The position numbers and the translations under genes were made by a program. Positions 9,353-18,927 of a stretch of 64,000 nucleotides of DNA are shown here, one piece after another; the first letter of the stretch is position 1; every line of letters begins with the position of its first letter. Where the stretch lies: positions 1,600,001 to 1,664,000 of the forward strand of contig OY776562.1 of NCBI GenBank assembly GCA_963675785.1, in the 5' to 3' direction. The notes under the pieces are model-generated. The model was not told the origin of the DNA, made no database searches, and saw nothing but the letters and a program-made list of their open reading frames with translations. Source of the stretch: Anaerolineae bacterium (GTDB taxonomy: Bacteria > Chloroflexota > Anaerolineae > UBA1429).

Positions 9353-11356
9353 ATGGAACGAATCTCTCGTCGCGAGTTCGTACGTGTGGGCTCTCTGGTA
9401 GCGGCCGCCACAGTGGCCACAGCCTGTACCCAGCCTACCGCAACACCCAAGCCTGCCGCTACCACTGCTCCCGCAGCAACCACAGCCGTTGAGGCCACTG
9501 CCACTACAGCCGTATCCGTTTATAGTGAAGCCCCCATGCTGGCCGATTTGGTTGCCTCTGGCGATCTGCCTTCTGTTGAAGAGCGTCTGCCAGAAAACCC
9601 CGATATCATGCCGGTTATTGAGATGGTCGGTCATTATGGCGGAACCATCCGCCGCGGGTTCAAGGGCGTCTCGGATAGCAATGGCCCCTCCAAGCTGGTT
9701 GGCAACAACCTAACCTGGTACAACCTGGATCTCACACTGCGCGCCAGCTTAGCTGAATCATGGGAAATCAATGACGACGCCAGCGAGTGGACCTTTTTCC
9801 TGCGCAGGGGCACCAAGTGGTCGGATGGTAGCGACTTTACCACCAAAGACTTTATGTACTATATGGAGCACCAGTTGCTGAATGAAAAACTCACCACTGC
9901 CCCGCCAACCAACTTTTCGACAGGCAATCCGCTCGTACTTAGTACCTGGACCGCCGCCGACGACTATACTATCACCATGAAATTCGCCAACCCCAACCCA
10001 CTTTTTGCCTTCCGCGTGGTCGGCCATCAGGGCCCTCCATTCCGGCCCAGCACATACATGCAACAGTACCACCCCGATTTTGGAGATGAAGCCACGTTGA
10101 CTGCACAGGCCGTTGAGGCTGGCTTTGATACCTGGGATAAGAACTATTTGGACCATGACAATTGGTACATGGATCCTGCCCGCCCTTGTATATATCCATG
10201 GATGCCAACGAACGCGCTATCCGAAGAACTATTTGTACTCGAGCGCAACCCTTATTTTTGGCAAGTGGATGAAACCGGCCAACAGCTCCCGTACGTCGAC
10301 AAAGTGACGCATCGCCTGTTTGAGACGCCCGACGTGTTCAACATGTGGATCGTCAACGGCGAAATCGACTATCAGGGCCGACATGTGGATAGCGGCAACA
10401 TCACCCTCTTTAAAGAAGCTGAAGAGAGCGGCGGATTCAATGTGGTTATGGGCCTCGATGCTATCCAGTTTGTTTTTACGCCCAATATCGCCTGTAAAGA
10501 CCTTCGCATGCGCGAGTTCCTGGGCGACACCGACGTACGTATTGCTTTTTCTCTGGCGGTCAACCGCGATGAGCTGAATGAGCTGGTTTACAACGGCATG
10601 GGCACGCCGCGTCAGAGCAGCCCGCTTAGCATCTCTCCACAAGCCTACCCCAAACAGGCCAATGCCTACATTGAATATGATCTTGAGCAAGCTAATGCGC
10701 TTCTCGATGGCGCTGGCTATGACACCAAGAATGCAGAAGGCTATCGCCTCTACAAAGATAGTTCGGGCGATACCATCTCAATCACCATTGAGGGCACATG
10801 GCAGGCTGGCTCCCAGGATGAGGATGCTATCCAGATGCTCGTCAAGTACTTTGGCGATGCTGGCGTCAAGTGCCAATACAAATATGTGGAGCGTTCGCTG
10901 TACACCGAGCACTATTTGGCGAACACGCAAGACGCCGTCTGCTGGCAAGCAGGCCGTAGCGTCATGCCTATCATCACACCGCAGACCTTTGTTGGTATGA
11001 TGCCCGATCGTCCGTGGGCTGGTGCCTGGGGCCTGTGGAAGATCAATAACAGTGACCCCAATGGTGAACAGCCTCCTGCGGGACACTGGATATGGGATAT
11101 CTGGGACATCTATGACAAAATTCTTGTCGAACCGGACGATGCCATGCGTACTACCCTGTTCTGGCAGATTCTCGACATCTGGGCCGAACAGCTACCAATG
11201 GTCGGTTATCTGGGAGAGTTCCCCAAGCTGATCATTGTCGCAAAGGAGCTGCGCAACTATGTTCCTGGCTTCCCCTTTGATGACATCACCAAGGATGAGC
11301 ATGTCCTCGGCCCCCAGACTCTGTTCTGGGAGAACCCCGAAGAACACACCTCCTGA
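9353..11356 (+). CDS. SBP1: family-5 ABC solute-binding Tat-lipoprotein
   Basis: SRREF twin-arginine motif, lipobox ATAC, EAPMLA.LV..GDLP.VEERLPENP, LRRGTKWSDG, ERNPYFWQVD..GQQLPY. Confidence 0.93.
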   Translation: MERISRREFVRVGSLVAAATVATACTQPTATPKPAATTAPAATTAVEATATTAVSVYSEAPMLADLVASGDLPSVEERLPENPDIMPVIEMVGHYGGTIRRGFKGVSDSNGPSKLVGNNLTWYNLDLTLRASLAESWEINDDASEWTFFLRRGTKWSDGSDFTTKDFMYYMEHQLLNEKLTTAPPTNFSTGNPLVLSTWTAADDYTITMKFANPNPLFAFRVVGHQGPPFRPSTYMQQYHPDFGDEATLTAQAVEAGFDTWDKNYLDHDNWYMDPARPCIYPWMPTNALSEELFVLERNPYFWQVDETGQQLPYVDKVTHRLFETPDVFNMWIVNGEIDYQGRHVDSGNITLFKEAEESGGFNVVMGLDAIQFVFTPNIACKDLRMREFLGDTDVRIAFSLAVNRDELNELVYNGMGTPRQSSPLSISPQAYPKQANAYIEYDLEQANALLDGAGYDTKNAEGYRLYKDSSGDTISITIEGTWQAGSQDEDAIQMLVKYFGDAGVKCQYKYVERSLYTEHYLANTQDAVCWQAGRSVMPIITPQTFVGMMPDRPWAGAWGLWKINNSDPNGEQPPAGHWIWDIWDIYDKILVEPDDAMRTTLFWQILDIWAEQLPMVGYLGEFPKLIIVAKELRNYVPGFPFDDITKDEHVLGPQTLFWENPEEHTS

Positions 11357-11382
11357 TTGACTCTCCACAGATACGCACCAAC

Positions 11383-11411
11383 AGAGGGCGGACACAAAAG
11401 CCGCCCTCTTT
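11383..11411 (+). terminator. Terminator after SBP1
   Basis: AGAGGGCGG...CCGCCCTCTTT. Confidence 0.75.
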
Positions 11412-11712
11412 CCTATGGCAATACGTTGTGTCCGCCCTTAAAAAGCAGTTCGCTATGCACCTACAATCACAATATCAGCAGAATAAGCAGAGATGCTCTG
11501 AGCATAGTGCCTATCTATTAGGTATTCTTGCCACATCCAATAGTTTGTGTTATCATCATTTGTGTCTATGTGGAACTGCATCGTGCTATACTCTCCTAAA
11601 GAGGAGGAGGCGGGTATAGAATCGTGCGTTTCGCGACATCTTGTTATTACTCTCCGTTTCACGTGCCATTGGGGTAATGTATGAATCGGAGAAAACAAAA
11701 TGGAGATGTGTA

Positions 11713-13749
11713 ATGGAACGGATTTCTCGTCGTGAGTTCGTACGTGTGAGCTCTCTGATCACAGCTGCCACGGTTGCCGCAGCTTGTGCACAGCCTACTG
11801 CTACGCCCGAGCCCGCTGCTACCACGGCTCCTGCTGCTACTACGGCTCCCGTAGCAACCACAGCCCCTGGCGCAACTACAGCCGTTGAGGCTACTGCCAC
11901 CACTGCCGTATCCGTTTATGGCGAAGCCCCCATGCTGGCTGAGTTGGTTGCCTCTGGCGATCTTCCGCCCGTTGAAGAGCGTCTGCCAGAAAACCCTGAC
12001 GTCTGCCCTGTGGTAGAATCAGTTGGTAAGTACGGCGGCACCATTCGCCGCGGTTTCAAGGGCGTCTCGGACAAGTGGGGCCCCACCAAGATGGTGCGCA
12101 ATAACCTCACCGCTTTTGCCCTGGATATCTCTGTGCGTGCCAGCCTGGCCGAATCCTGGTCGATCAATGAGGACGGCAGCGAGTGGACCTTTAACCTGCG
12201 CAAGGGTACCAAGTGGTCCGATGGCAGTGACTTTACCAGCGAAAACTTTATGTGGTACTATGACTATGTGCTCTTGAACGAAACGCTAACGCCGAGCTTT
12301 TTGAGCCAGTTTGCTACCGGCTCGGAAGTGACACCCAGCGTTTGGACGGCACCTGATGACTATACCATCGTCTTTAGTTTCGCTGATCCGAACCCGCTTT
12401 TTGCCTACAAAGTAATCGGCCACCAGAACCCGGCCTTCCGCCCCAGTGAGTTCCTCAAGCAGTTTCACCCTGACTTTACTGAACAGGCCACACTGGATGC
12501 CCTGGCCACCGAAGAAGGCTTTTCTACCTGGGACCTGCTCTATGCAGACCGCGACTGGTGGTACATGGACGAGACCTGCCCATGCATCTTCCCTTGGAAG
12601 CCCGTCAATACCCTCGACAACGAGCTGTTCGTGATCGAGCGCAACCCTTACTTCTGGCAGGTTGACCCTGAAGGCAATCAGCTTCCTTACATCGACAAAG
12701 TCACCCACCGTTTGTTCGAGACCCCTGATGTCTTTAACATGTGGATCGTCAACGGCGAGATCGACTTCCAGTACCGTCACGTCGATTCCGGCAGCTACAC
12801 CCTCTACAAGGAAAGCGAAACATCCGGCGATTATATTGTCTCTAACAGCATCAGTGCTGGCCACAACGGCTTGACGATCAACCTGGCCTCCCAGAATCAG
12901 CAGCTACGCGACTTTTTTGGCACACTCGAAGTGCGCCAGGCCATGAACCTGGCCATGAACCGCGAAGAAATGAACGAGCTGGTTTTCGACGGTCAGGGTA
13001 CGCCGCGTCAGTACAGCCCGCTGAGCATGTCGCCCAGTGCCTATCCGGCACAGGCCAATTCGTTCATCGAGTATGACCCCGATCAGGCCAACGACCTGTT
13101 GGATGCCGCGGGTTATGACCAGAAAGACGCCGACGGCTATCGCACCTTCCCGGATGGCACAACGATCTCCCTGATCATCGAAGGTACTGATCAGTCCGGA
13201 ACAACTGGCGAAGATGCCACCCTGCTCAAGGTGAGTTATCTCGAGGCCGTAGGTATCAAGGCTCAGTACAAATACAATGAGCGCTCGCTCTATACCGAGC
13301 ACTATGAGTCCAACATGGTTGAGGCTTCCTCTTGGTTTGGTGATCGCACCGTCCTGCCCATCGTCACACCGTCCATCTTTGATGGCACGACGACTGACCG
13401 CCCGTGGGCCGGCGCCTGGGGCCTATGGCGAAACAATCACGATGATCCCAACGGCGAAGAACCCCCTGCGGATCATTGGATCTGGACCATCTGGAACGCT
13501 GTGGACGCCATGAACATTGAACCAGATGAAGACACACGCAACGAGCTGTTCCGTACTGGTGTCTTGGATGTCTGGAAGGATCAACTTCCCAGCATCGGCT
13601 GCTTGGGCGAGTTCCCCTCCTACACCATCGTCAAGAACGGCCTAGTCAACTACCATGCCGGGTTCCCCAATGATGATATCGTCAAGGACGAGCATCTTCA
13701 GGGCCCGCAAACCCTTTACTGGGAGAACCCCGAAGAGCATACTTCCTGA
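11713..13749 (+). CDS. SBP2: family-5 ABC solute-binding Tat-lipoprotein
   Basis: Same signatures as SBP1; start MERISRREF after TGGAG. Confidence 0.93.
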   Translation: MERISRREFVRVSSLITAATVAAACAQPTATPEPAATTAPAATTAPVATTAPGATTAVEATATTAVSVYGEAPMLAELVASGDLPPVEERLPENPDVCPVVESVGKYGGTIRRGFKGVSDKWGPTKMVRNNLTAFALDISVRASLAESWSINEDGSEWTFNLRKGTKWSDGSDFTSENFMWYYDYVLLNETLTPSFLSQFATGSEVTPSVWTAPDDYTIVFSFADPNPLFAYKVIGHQNPAFRPSEFLKQFHPDFTEQATLDALATEEGFSTWDLLYADRDWWYMDETCPCIFPWKPVNTLDNELFVIERNPYFWQVDPEGNQLPYIDKVTHRLFETPDVFNMWIVNGEIDFQYRHVDSGSYTLYKESETSGDYIVSNSISAGHNGLTINLASQNQQLRDFFGTLEVRQAMNLAMNREEMNELVFDGQGTPRQYSPLSMSPSAYPAQANSFIEYDPDQANDLLDAAGYDQKDADGYRTFPDGTTISLIIEGTDQSGTTGEDATLLKVSYLEAVGIKAQYKYNERSLYTEHYESNMVEASSWFGDRTVLPIVTPSIFDGTTTDRPWAGAWGLWRNNHDDPNGEEPPADHWIWTIWNAVDAMNIEPDEDTRNELFRTGVLDVWKDQLPSIGCLGEFPSYTIVKNGLVNYHAGFPNDDIVKDEHLQGPQTLYWENPEEHTS

Positions 13750-13774
13750 TCGATTCGATCTAAACATTTACCAA

Positions 13775-13809
13775 AAAGAGGGCGGCCATAGGGCCGCCCT
13801 CTTTCCTTT
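13775..13809 (+). terminator. Terminator after SBP2
   Basis: AAAGAGGGCGGCC-ATAG-GGCCGCCCTCTTT. Confidence 0.8.
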
Positions 13810-14154
13810 GTCGCAATTCAAGGCGCGATCCTTGAGAAACGCGTTATCTGCGGCCTGGGTCAGCACGCTTGCTCTCAACATCCGATTAATTGGCCACATC
13901 AGCTCCCCCTGATTACACTATCGATAGAATAATGCCTATAGCAATTATGCCTATATAGTAGGTATTATTGCTATATGAAATATTTTGTGATAACATAGGT
14001 TATGCTTATGCGGAACTGCATTGTGCTATGCTCTCTCAAAAGGAGAAGACGCGCATAGTGCCGTGTGTTCCACAGCATTCTTGTTCCGGTCTTCCGATCC
14101 AGTTCTGCCGTCGGGGCAGCGTACAGATCGGAAATCACAGAATGGAGATGTGTG

Positions 14155-16212
14155 ATGGAACGGATCTCTCGTCGTGAGTTCGTACGCGTGAGCTCTCTGG
14201 TAACGGCCGCTACGGTAGCCGCAGCCTGCGCACAACCGACAGCCACGCCTGAGCCCACTACTGCTCCAGCCGCAACCACTGCACCTGCGGCAACCACTGC
14301 ACCCGCAGCAACCACTGCACCCGCAGCAACTAGTGCCCCCGCAGCCACAGCCACCGATGCCCCTGCTGTTTCCATGTATAGCGAGGCACCAATGTTGGCC
14401 GAGTTGGTTGCATCTGGTGATCTGCCCCCTGTTGATGAGCGACTTCCGGAGAATCCCGAAGTTGTGCCCGTCATCGAGTCTGTAGGCAAGTACGGCGGCA
14501 CCATCCGCCGTGGTTTCAAGGGCGTTTCGGACAAGTGGGGCCCCACCAAAATGGTGCGCCAGGGTATGACTTGCTTTAACTTTGACCTCACGGTGCGCGC
14601 CAGCTTTGCCGAATCCTACGAACTCAATGAGGATGGCAGCGAGTGGACTTGGCACCTGCGTAAGGGCGTCAGATGGTCCGATGGCTCCTTTGTCACCAGT
14701 GCAGACTTTATTTGGTACTATGAGTACGTACTGTTGAACGAAACCCTGACCCCAACCGTACCGAGCCAATTCTCAACTGGTAACCCCGCAGTGTTGAGCA
14801 CCTGGGCAGCGCCCGACGACTATACCATCGTCATGACCTTTGCACACCCCAAGCCATTCCTGGCTTATGAGTGCGTCGGACATTCAAACCCGCCTTACCG
14901 CCCCAGCGAATACTTGAAGCAGTTCCATCCCGATTTTGTGGACATGGACACCCTCACGGCTTTGGCAGAAGCAGAAGGCTTTTCAACGTGGGACCTGCTC
15001 TTTGCTGACCGTGACTGGTGGTACATGGATGAGACCTGTCCCTGCATCTTCCCTTGGAAGCCACTGAACACTCTCGACAACGAGCTATTCGCCATGGAGC
15101 GCAACCCCTACTACTGGCAGGTTGACTCTGAAGGTCAGCAGTTACCCTATATCGACAGGGTTACTCACCGCCTGTTCGAGACGCCAGACGTGTTCAACAT
15201 GTGGATCGTCAACGGCGAAATCGACTTTCAGGGGCGCCATGTCGACAAGGGCAACTATACTCTCTTCAAAGAGAGTGAAGCGGAAGGTGACTATCGGGTC
15301 GCCACGGGTGTAAGCGCCAGCCATACCTGTTTTACACCCAACATCGCTTGCCAAGACCCGAAACTTCGTGAATTCTTGGGCAATACCGATGTGCGCATAG
15401 CCTTTTCTCTCGCTATCAACCGAGACGAGATGAACGACCTCGTGTTTGACGGCCAGGGCACACCGCGCCAGTACAGCCCGCTGAGCATGTCTCCGCAGGC
15501 ATATCCCGCCCAGGCTAATGCCTACATCGATTTCGACCCCGATGAGGCCAATGCTCTGCTCGACGGCGCCGGCTTTGACGCCAAAGATGCAGAAGGCTAT
15601 CGCCTCTTCAAGGACGGCTCGGGCACCATCTCGCTCACCATCGAAGGCACCGCTGAGGCCGGAACGGCCGATGAGGACGCCATCCTGTTGATGGTCAAGT
15701 ACTTTGGCGATGTGGGTATCAAGTGCCAGTACAAGTACAATGAACGATCGCTCTACACTGAGCACTATGAGTCCAACCAGGTCGATTCCACTTCTTGGGG
15801 CGGCGACCGTACGGTTATGCCCATCATCACGCCGACCATCTTTAACGGCACAACGATGGACCGCCCGTGGTCTGGTGCATACGGCCTATGGAAGAATGAC
15901 AACGACGACCCCAACGGCGAAGAGCCTCCTGCGGACCACTGGATCTGGACAATCTGGAATGCTGTGGATGACATCAACATTGATCCGGACGAAGACAGCC
16001 GCAACGAGCGCTTCAGAACCGACGTTCTGGACATCTGGAAGGAAGAACTGCCCATGATCGGTTGTTTGGGCGAGTTCCCAGCGCTTATCATCGTCAAGAA
16101 TGGCCTGATCAACTATGTTGACGGCTTCCCCAACGATGACAAGACCAAGGACGAGCACGTTCAGCAGAGCCAGACACTCTACTGGGAAAACCCAGAAGAC
16201 CACACGGCCTAG
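14155..16212 (+). CDS. SBP3: family-5 ABC solute-binding Tat-lipoprotein
   Basis: Same signatures; long (TTAPAA)n linker. Confidence 0.93.
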   Translation: MERISRREFVRVSSLVTAATVAAACAQPTATPEPTTAPAATTAPAATTAPAATTAPAATSAPAATATDAPAVSMYSEAPMLAELVASGDLPPVDERLPENPEVVPVIESVGKYGGTIRRGFKGVSDKWGPTKMVRQGMTCFNFDLTVRASFAESYELNEDGSEWTWHLRKGVRWSDGSFVTSADFIWYYEYVLLNETLTPTVPSQFSTGNPAVLSTWAAPDDYTIVMTFAHPKPFLAYECVGHSNPPYRPSEYLKQFHPDFVDMDTLTALAEAEGFSTWDLLFADRDWWYMDETCPCIFPWKPLNTLDNELFAMERNPYYWQVDSEGQQLPYIDRVTHRLFETPDVFNMWIVNGEIDFQGRHVDKGNYTLFKESEAEGDYRVATGVSASHTCFTPNIACQDPKLREFLGNTDVRIAFSLAINRDEMNDLVFDGQGTPRQYSPLSMSPQAYPAQANAYIDFDPDEANALLDGAGFDAKDAEGYRLFKDGSGTISLTIEGTAEAGTADEDAILLMVKYFGDVGIKCQYKYNERSLYTEHYESNQVDSTSWGGDRTVMPIITPTIFNGTTMDRPWSGAYGLWKNDNDDPNGEEPPADHWIWTIWNAVDDINIDPDEDSRNERFRTDVLDIWKEELPMIGCLGEFPALIIVKNGLINYVDGFPNDDKTKDEHVQQSQTLYWENPEDHTA
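14256..14345 (+). repeat. 18-bp coding tandem repeat (TTAPAA, about five copies) in the SBP3 linker
   Basis: ACCACTGCACCCGCAGCA-like units. Confidence 0.8.
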
Positions 16213-16242
16213 CGAACGTCATTTTGCACCAACATGCTTAAA

Positions 16243-16276
16243 AGAGGGCGACCATAAGGATCGCCCTCTCCTTTTT
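16243..16276 (+). terminator. Terminator after SBP3
   Basis: AGAGGGCGA...TCGCCCTCT-CCTTTTT. Confidence 0.75.
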
Positions 16277-16591
16277 ATGTCAAGCCACCTATAGAGCCAT
16301 AATATAGTTTTGCCCTATAAACTATATTATACAAACTTGACAAGCAATATCATCAATAATGAAGAATGTATTGCTAGATATTGCGGTACAACTTGCCAAC
16401 AGCATATACGCGTACTAGTATGTCATTATGCCTAGTTGAAATTGCACAGTACGGTAATCTCCAACCCGGCAGACGAAAAGGGAGGGGTTCGGCGCGTGCT
16501 CGGCATTCAACGGCTTTTCGTTCGTGCCTCCCGATCAGCGCCGTCACCAATGGGGTGATGCGCACATCGGAGACAAAGGATGGAGACCAGA

Positions 16592-18640
16592 ATGGAAAGA
16601 ATCTCTCGTCGTGACTTTGTGCGTGTAAGCACACTCGTAACTGCTGCCACAGTGGCTGCTGCTTGCACCCAACCTACTTCTACCCCCGCACCTACGGCCA
16701 CTACAGCGGCAGAGGCCACTACAGCGGCTACTGCGACATCTGCAGCAGCTGCCACGTCCGCACCCGAAGCAACAGCGACACCCGAACCCACAACTGCTAC
16801 TTCTGTATACAGTGAAGCGCCTTCCCTTGCCGAGTTGGTTGCTTCTGGCGATTTGCCCCCCGTCGAAGAGCGTTTGCCAGAAAATCCCGATGTGCAAGAA
16901 GTTCCAGATGTGATCGGCATTTATGGCGGCACCTGGCGACGCGGTTTCAAGGGCGTTTCTGACAAGTGGGGCCCCACCAAGATGGTGCGCAACAACCTCA
17001 CCTGGTACAACCTGGATCTCAGCGTACGTGCTTCCATCGCCGAATCATGGGAAATCAACGATGATGCCAGCGAATGGACCTTTAACCTACGCAAAGGCAT
17101 GAAATGGTCCGATGGCAGCGCCTTTACCAGCGAAAATTTTATGTGGTACTATGAGTACGATCTGCTGAATGAAGAACTGACCACAACGCCACTCAGCCAG
17201 TTCTCCACCGGAGATCCATTGGTGATGAGCACCTGGTCGGCACCCGACGACTATACCATCGTGATGACCTTTGCTGACCCGAACCCGCTGCTCGCCTACA
17301 ACGTCATCGGCCATCAGAACCCTCCCTTCCGCCCCAGCGAGTATATGAAGCAGTACCACATTGACTTTGTCGATGCGGACACGCTGAATGCCATGGCTGT
17401 AGAAGAAGGTTTCGAGACCTGGGTTGCCCTATACGATGACCGCGATTGGTGGTACATGGACGAGAATTGTCCGTGCATCTTCCCTTGGAAGCCAATGAAC
17501 ACCCTCGATAACGAGCTTTTTGTCATGGAGCGCAACCCTTACTTTTGGCAAGTCGATGCTGAAGGTAAACAACTACCCTACATTGACAAGGTGACTCACC
17601 GTCTGTACGAATCGACCGACGTTTTTAACATGTGGATTCTCAATGGTGAGATCGACTGCCAATCCCGTGGGGTTAATCTCAGCGATTTTACGCTCTTCAA
17701 AGAGAGTGAAGAGAGCGGAGATTTCAGCGTTATGACGGGTATCTCTGCCGGCCACTTTACCTTTACGCCCAACAACGCCTGCCAAGATACACGCCTGCGC
17801 GAGTTCTTTGGCGATGTCGACGTGCGCAAGGCCTTTTCTTTGGCCGCAAACCGCGAAGAGATCAACGAGATGGTCTATGATGGCCAGGGTACACCGCGCC
17901 AATACAGCCCGCTAAGTGTTTCGCCACAGTACTATCCCGAGCTATCTAATGCTTACATCGAGTACGATCCCGATGAAGCGAATTCCCTACTGGATGGCGC
18001 CGGCTATGACGCAAAAGATGCCGACGGTTATCGCACTTATAAAGATGGTTCTGGCGAAACCATCTCCCTAATCATCGAAGGTACAACCGAGGTTGGTCAG
18101 GATGACAACATCTTGATGCTGGTTTCATACTTTGACGCAGTAGGCATCAAGTGCCAGTACAAGTACGTTGAGCGTTCACTCTATACCGAGCACTATGAGG
18201 CCAACCAGGTAGATTGCACCTGTTGGGGCGGCGATCGCACACTTTTACCCATCGTCACGCCCACTATCTTTACCGGTGAGACATCAGACCGTCCGTGGGC
18301 CGGAGCCTGGGGCCTCTGGAAGAACGACAATGCTGACCCCAACGGTGAAGAGCCACCTGCAGATCATTGGATCTGGACCATCTGGAACACCATGAGCGAG
18401 ATCAATGTCGAACCGGATGATGCCACTCGCACCGCCATGTTCAAATCCGGTGTTCTGGATATCTGGAAGGAACAGCTACCCATGATCGGTTACCTGGGTG
18501 AGTTCATTTCGCTGGTCATTGTCAAGAACGGTATGCGTAACTATCTCAGTGGTTACCCCAACGACGACAATACCAAGAGCGAGCACATTCTGCCGAGTCA
18601 AACCATCTTCTGGGAAGACCCAAAAGAGCACACCTCCTAG
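16592..18640 (+). CDS. SBP4: family-5 ABC solute-binding Tat-lipoprotein
   Basis: MERISRRDF, lipobox AAAC and family motifs. Confidence 0.93.
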   Translation: MERISRRDFVRVSTLVTAATVAAACTQPTSTPAPTATTAAEATTAATATSAAAATSAPEATATPEPTTATSVYSEAPSLAELVASGDLPPVEERLPENPDVQEVPDVIGIYGGTWRRGFKGVSDKWGPTKMVRNNLTWYNLDLSVRASIAESWEINDDASEWTFNLRKGMKWSDGSAFTSENFMWYYEYDLLNEELTTTPLSQFSTGDPLVMSTWSAPDDYTIVMTFADPNPLLAYNVIGHQNPPFRPSEYMKQYHIDFVDADTLNAMAVEEGFETWVALYDDRDWWYMDENCPCIFPWKPMNTLDNELFVMERNPYFWQVDAEGKQLPYIDKVTHRLYESTDVFNMWILNGEIDCQSRGVNLSDFTLFKESEESGDFSVMTGISAGHFTFTPNNACQDTRLREFFGDVDVRKAFSLAANREEINEMVYDGQGTPRQYSPLSVSPQYYPELSNAYIEYDPDEANSLLDGAGYDAKDADGYRTYKDGSGETISLIIEGTTEVGQDDNILMLVSYFDAVGIKCQYKYVERSLYTEHYEANQVDCTCWGGDRTLLPIVTPTIFTGETSDRPWAGAWGLWKNDNADPNGEEPPADHWIWTIWNTMSEINVEPDDATRTAMFKSGVLDIWKEQLPMIGYLGEFISLVIVKNGMRNYLSGYPNDDNTKSEHILPSQTIFWEDPKEHTS

Positions 18641-18655
18641 TAGAGAGCAAGCAAA

Positions 18656-18692
18656 AGTATAAAGGGCGATCCTAAGGATCGCCCTTTATACT
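18656..18692 (+). terminator. Terminator after SBP4
   Basis: AGTATAAAGGGCGATCC-TAA-GGATCGCCCTTTATACT. Confidence 0.8.
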
Positions 18693-18927
18693 GGGGCATG
18701 GTATTTCAGGCCATATAGCTTATGTTCCACAAAAGACTAGTTCTACTGCTTATGCGTTTGTAAGAATAAAGCCTAAAAATTATCTCGTTTCTTTAAGCTT
18801 TATTATCTAAAATAGAGGAGTAGGCAACAAAATACGCTTGCGAATACTCAAAGGCACTCTTATATTAACAAAGTGTCAGAAATGGCACATCACTTTGCTG
18901 TGTGTTAGTTAATATTAGGAGAAAGAA

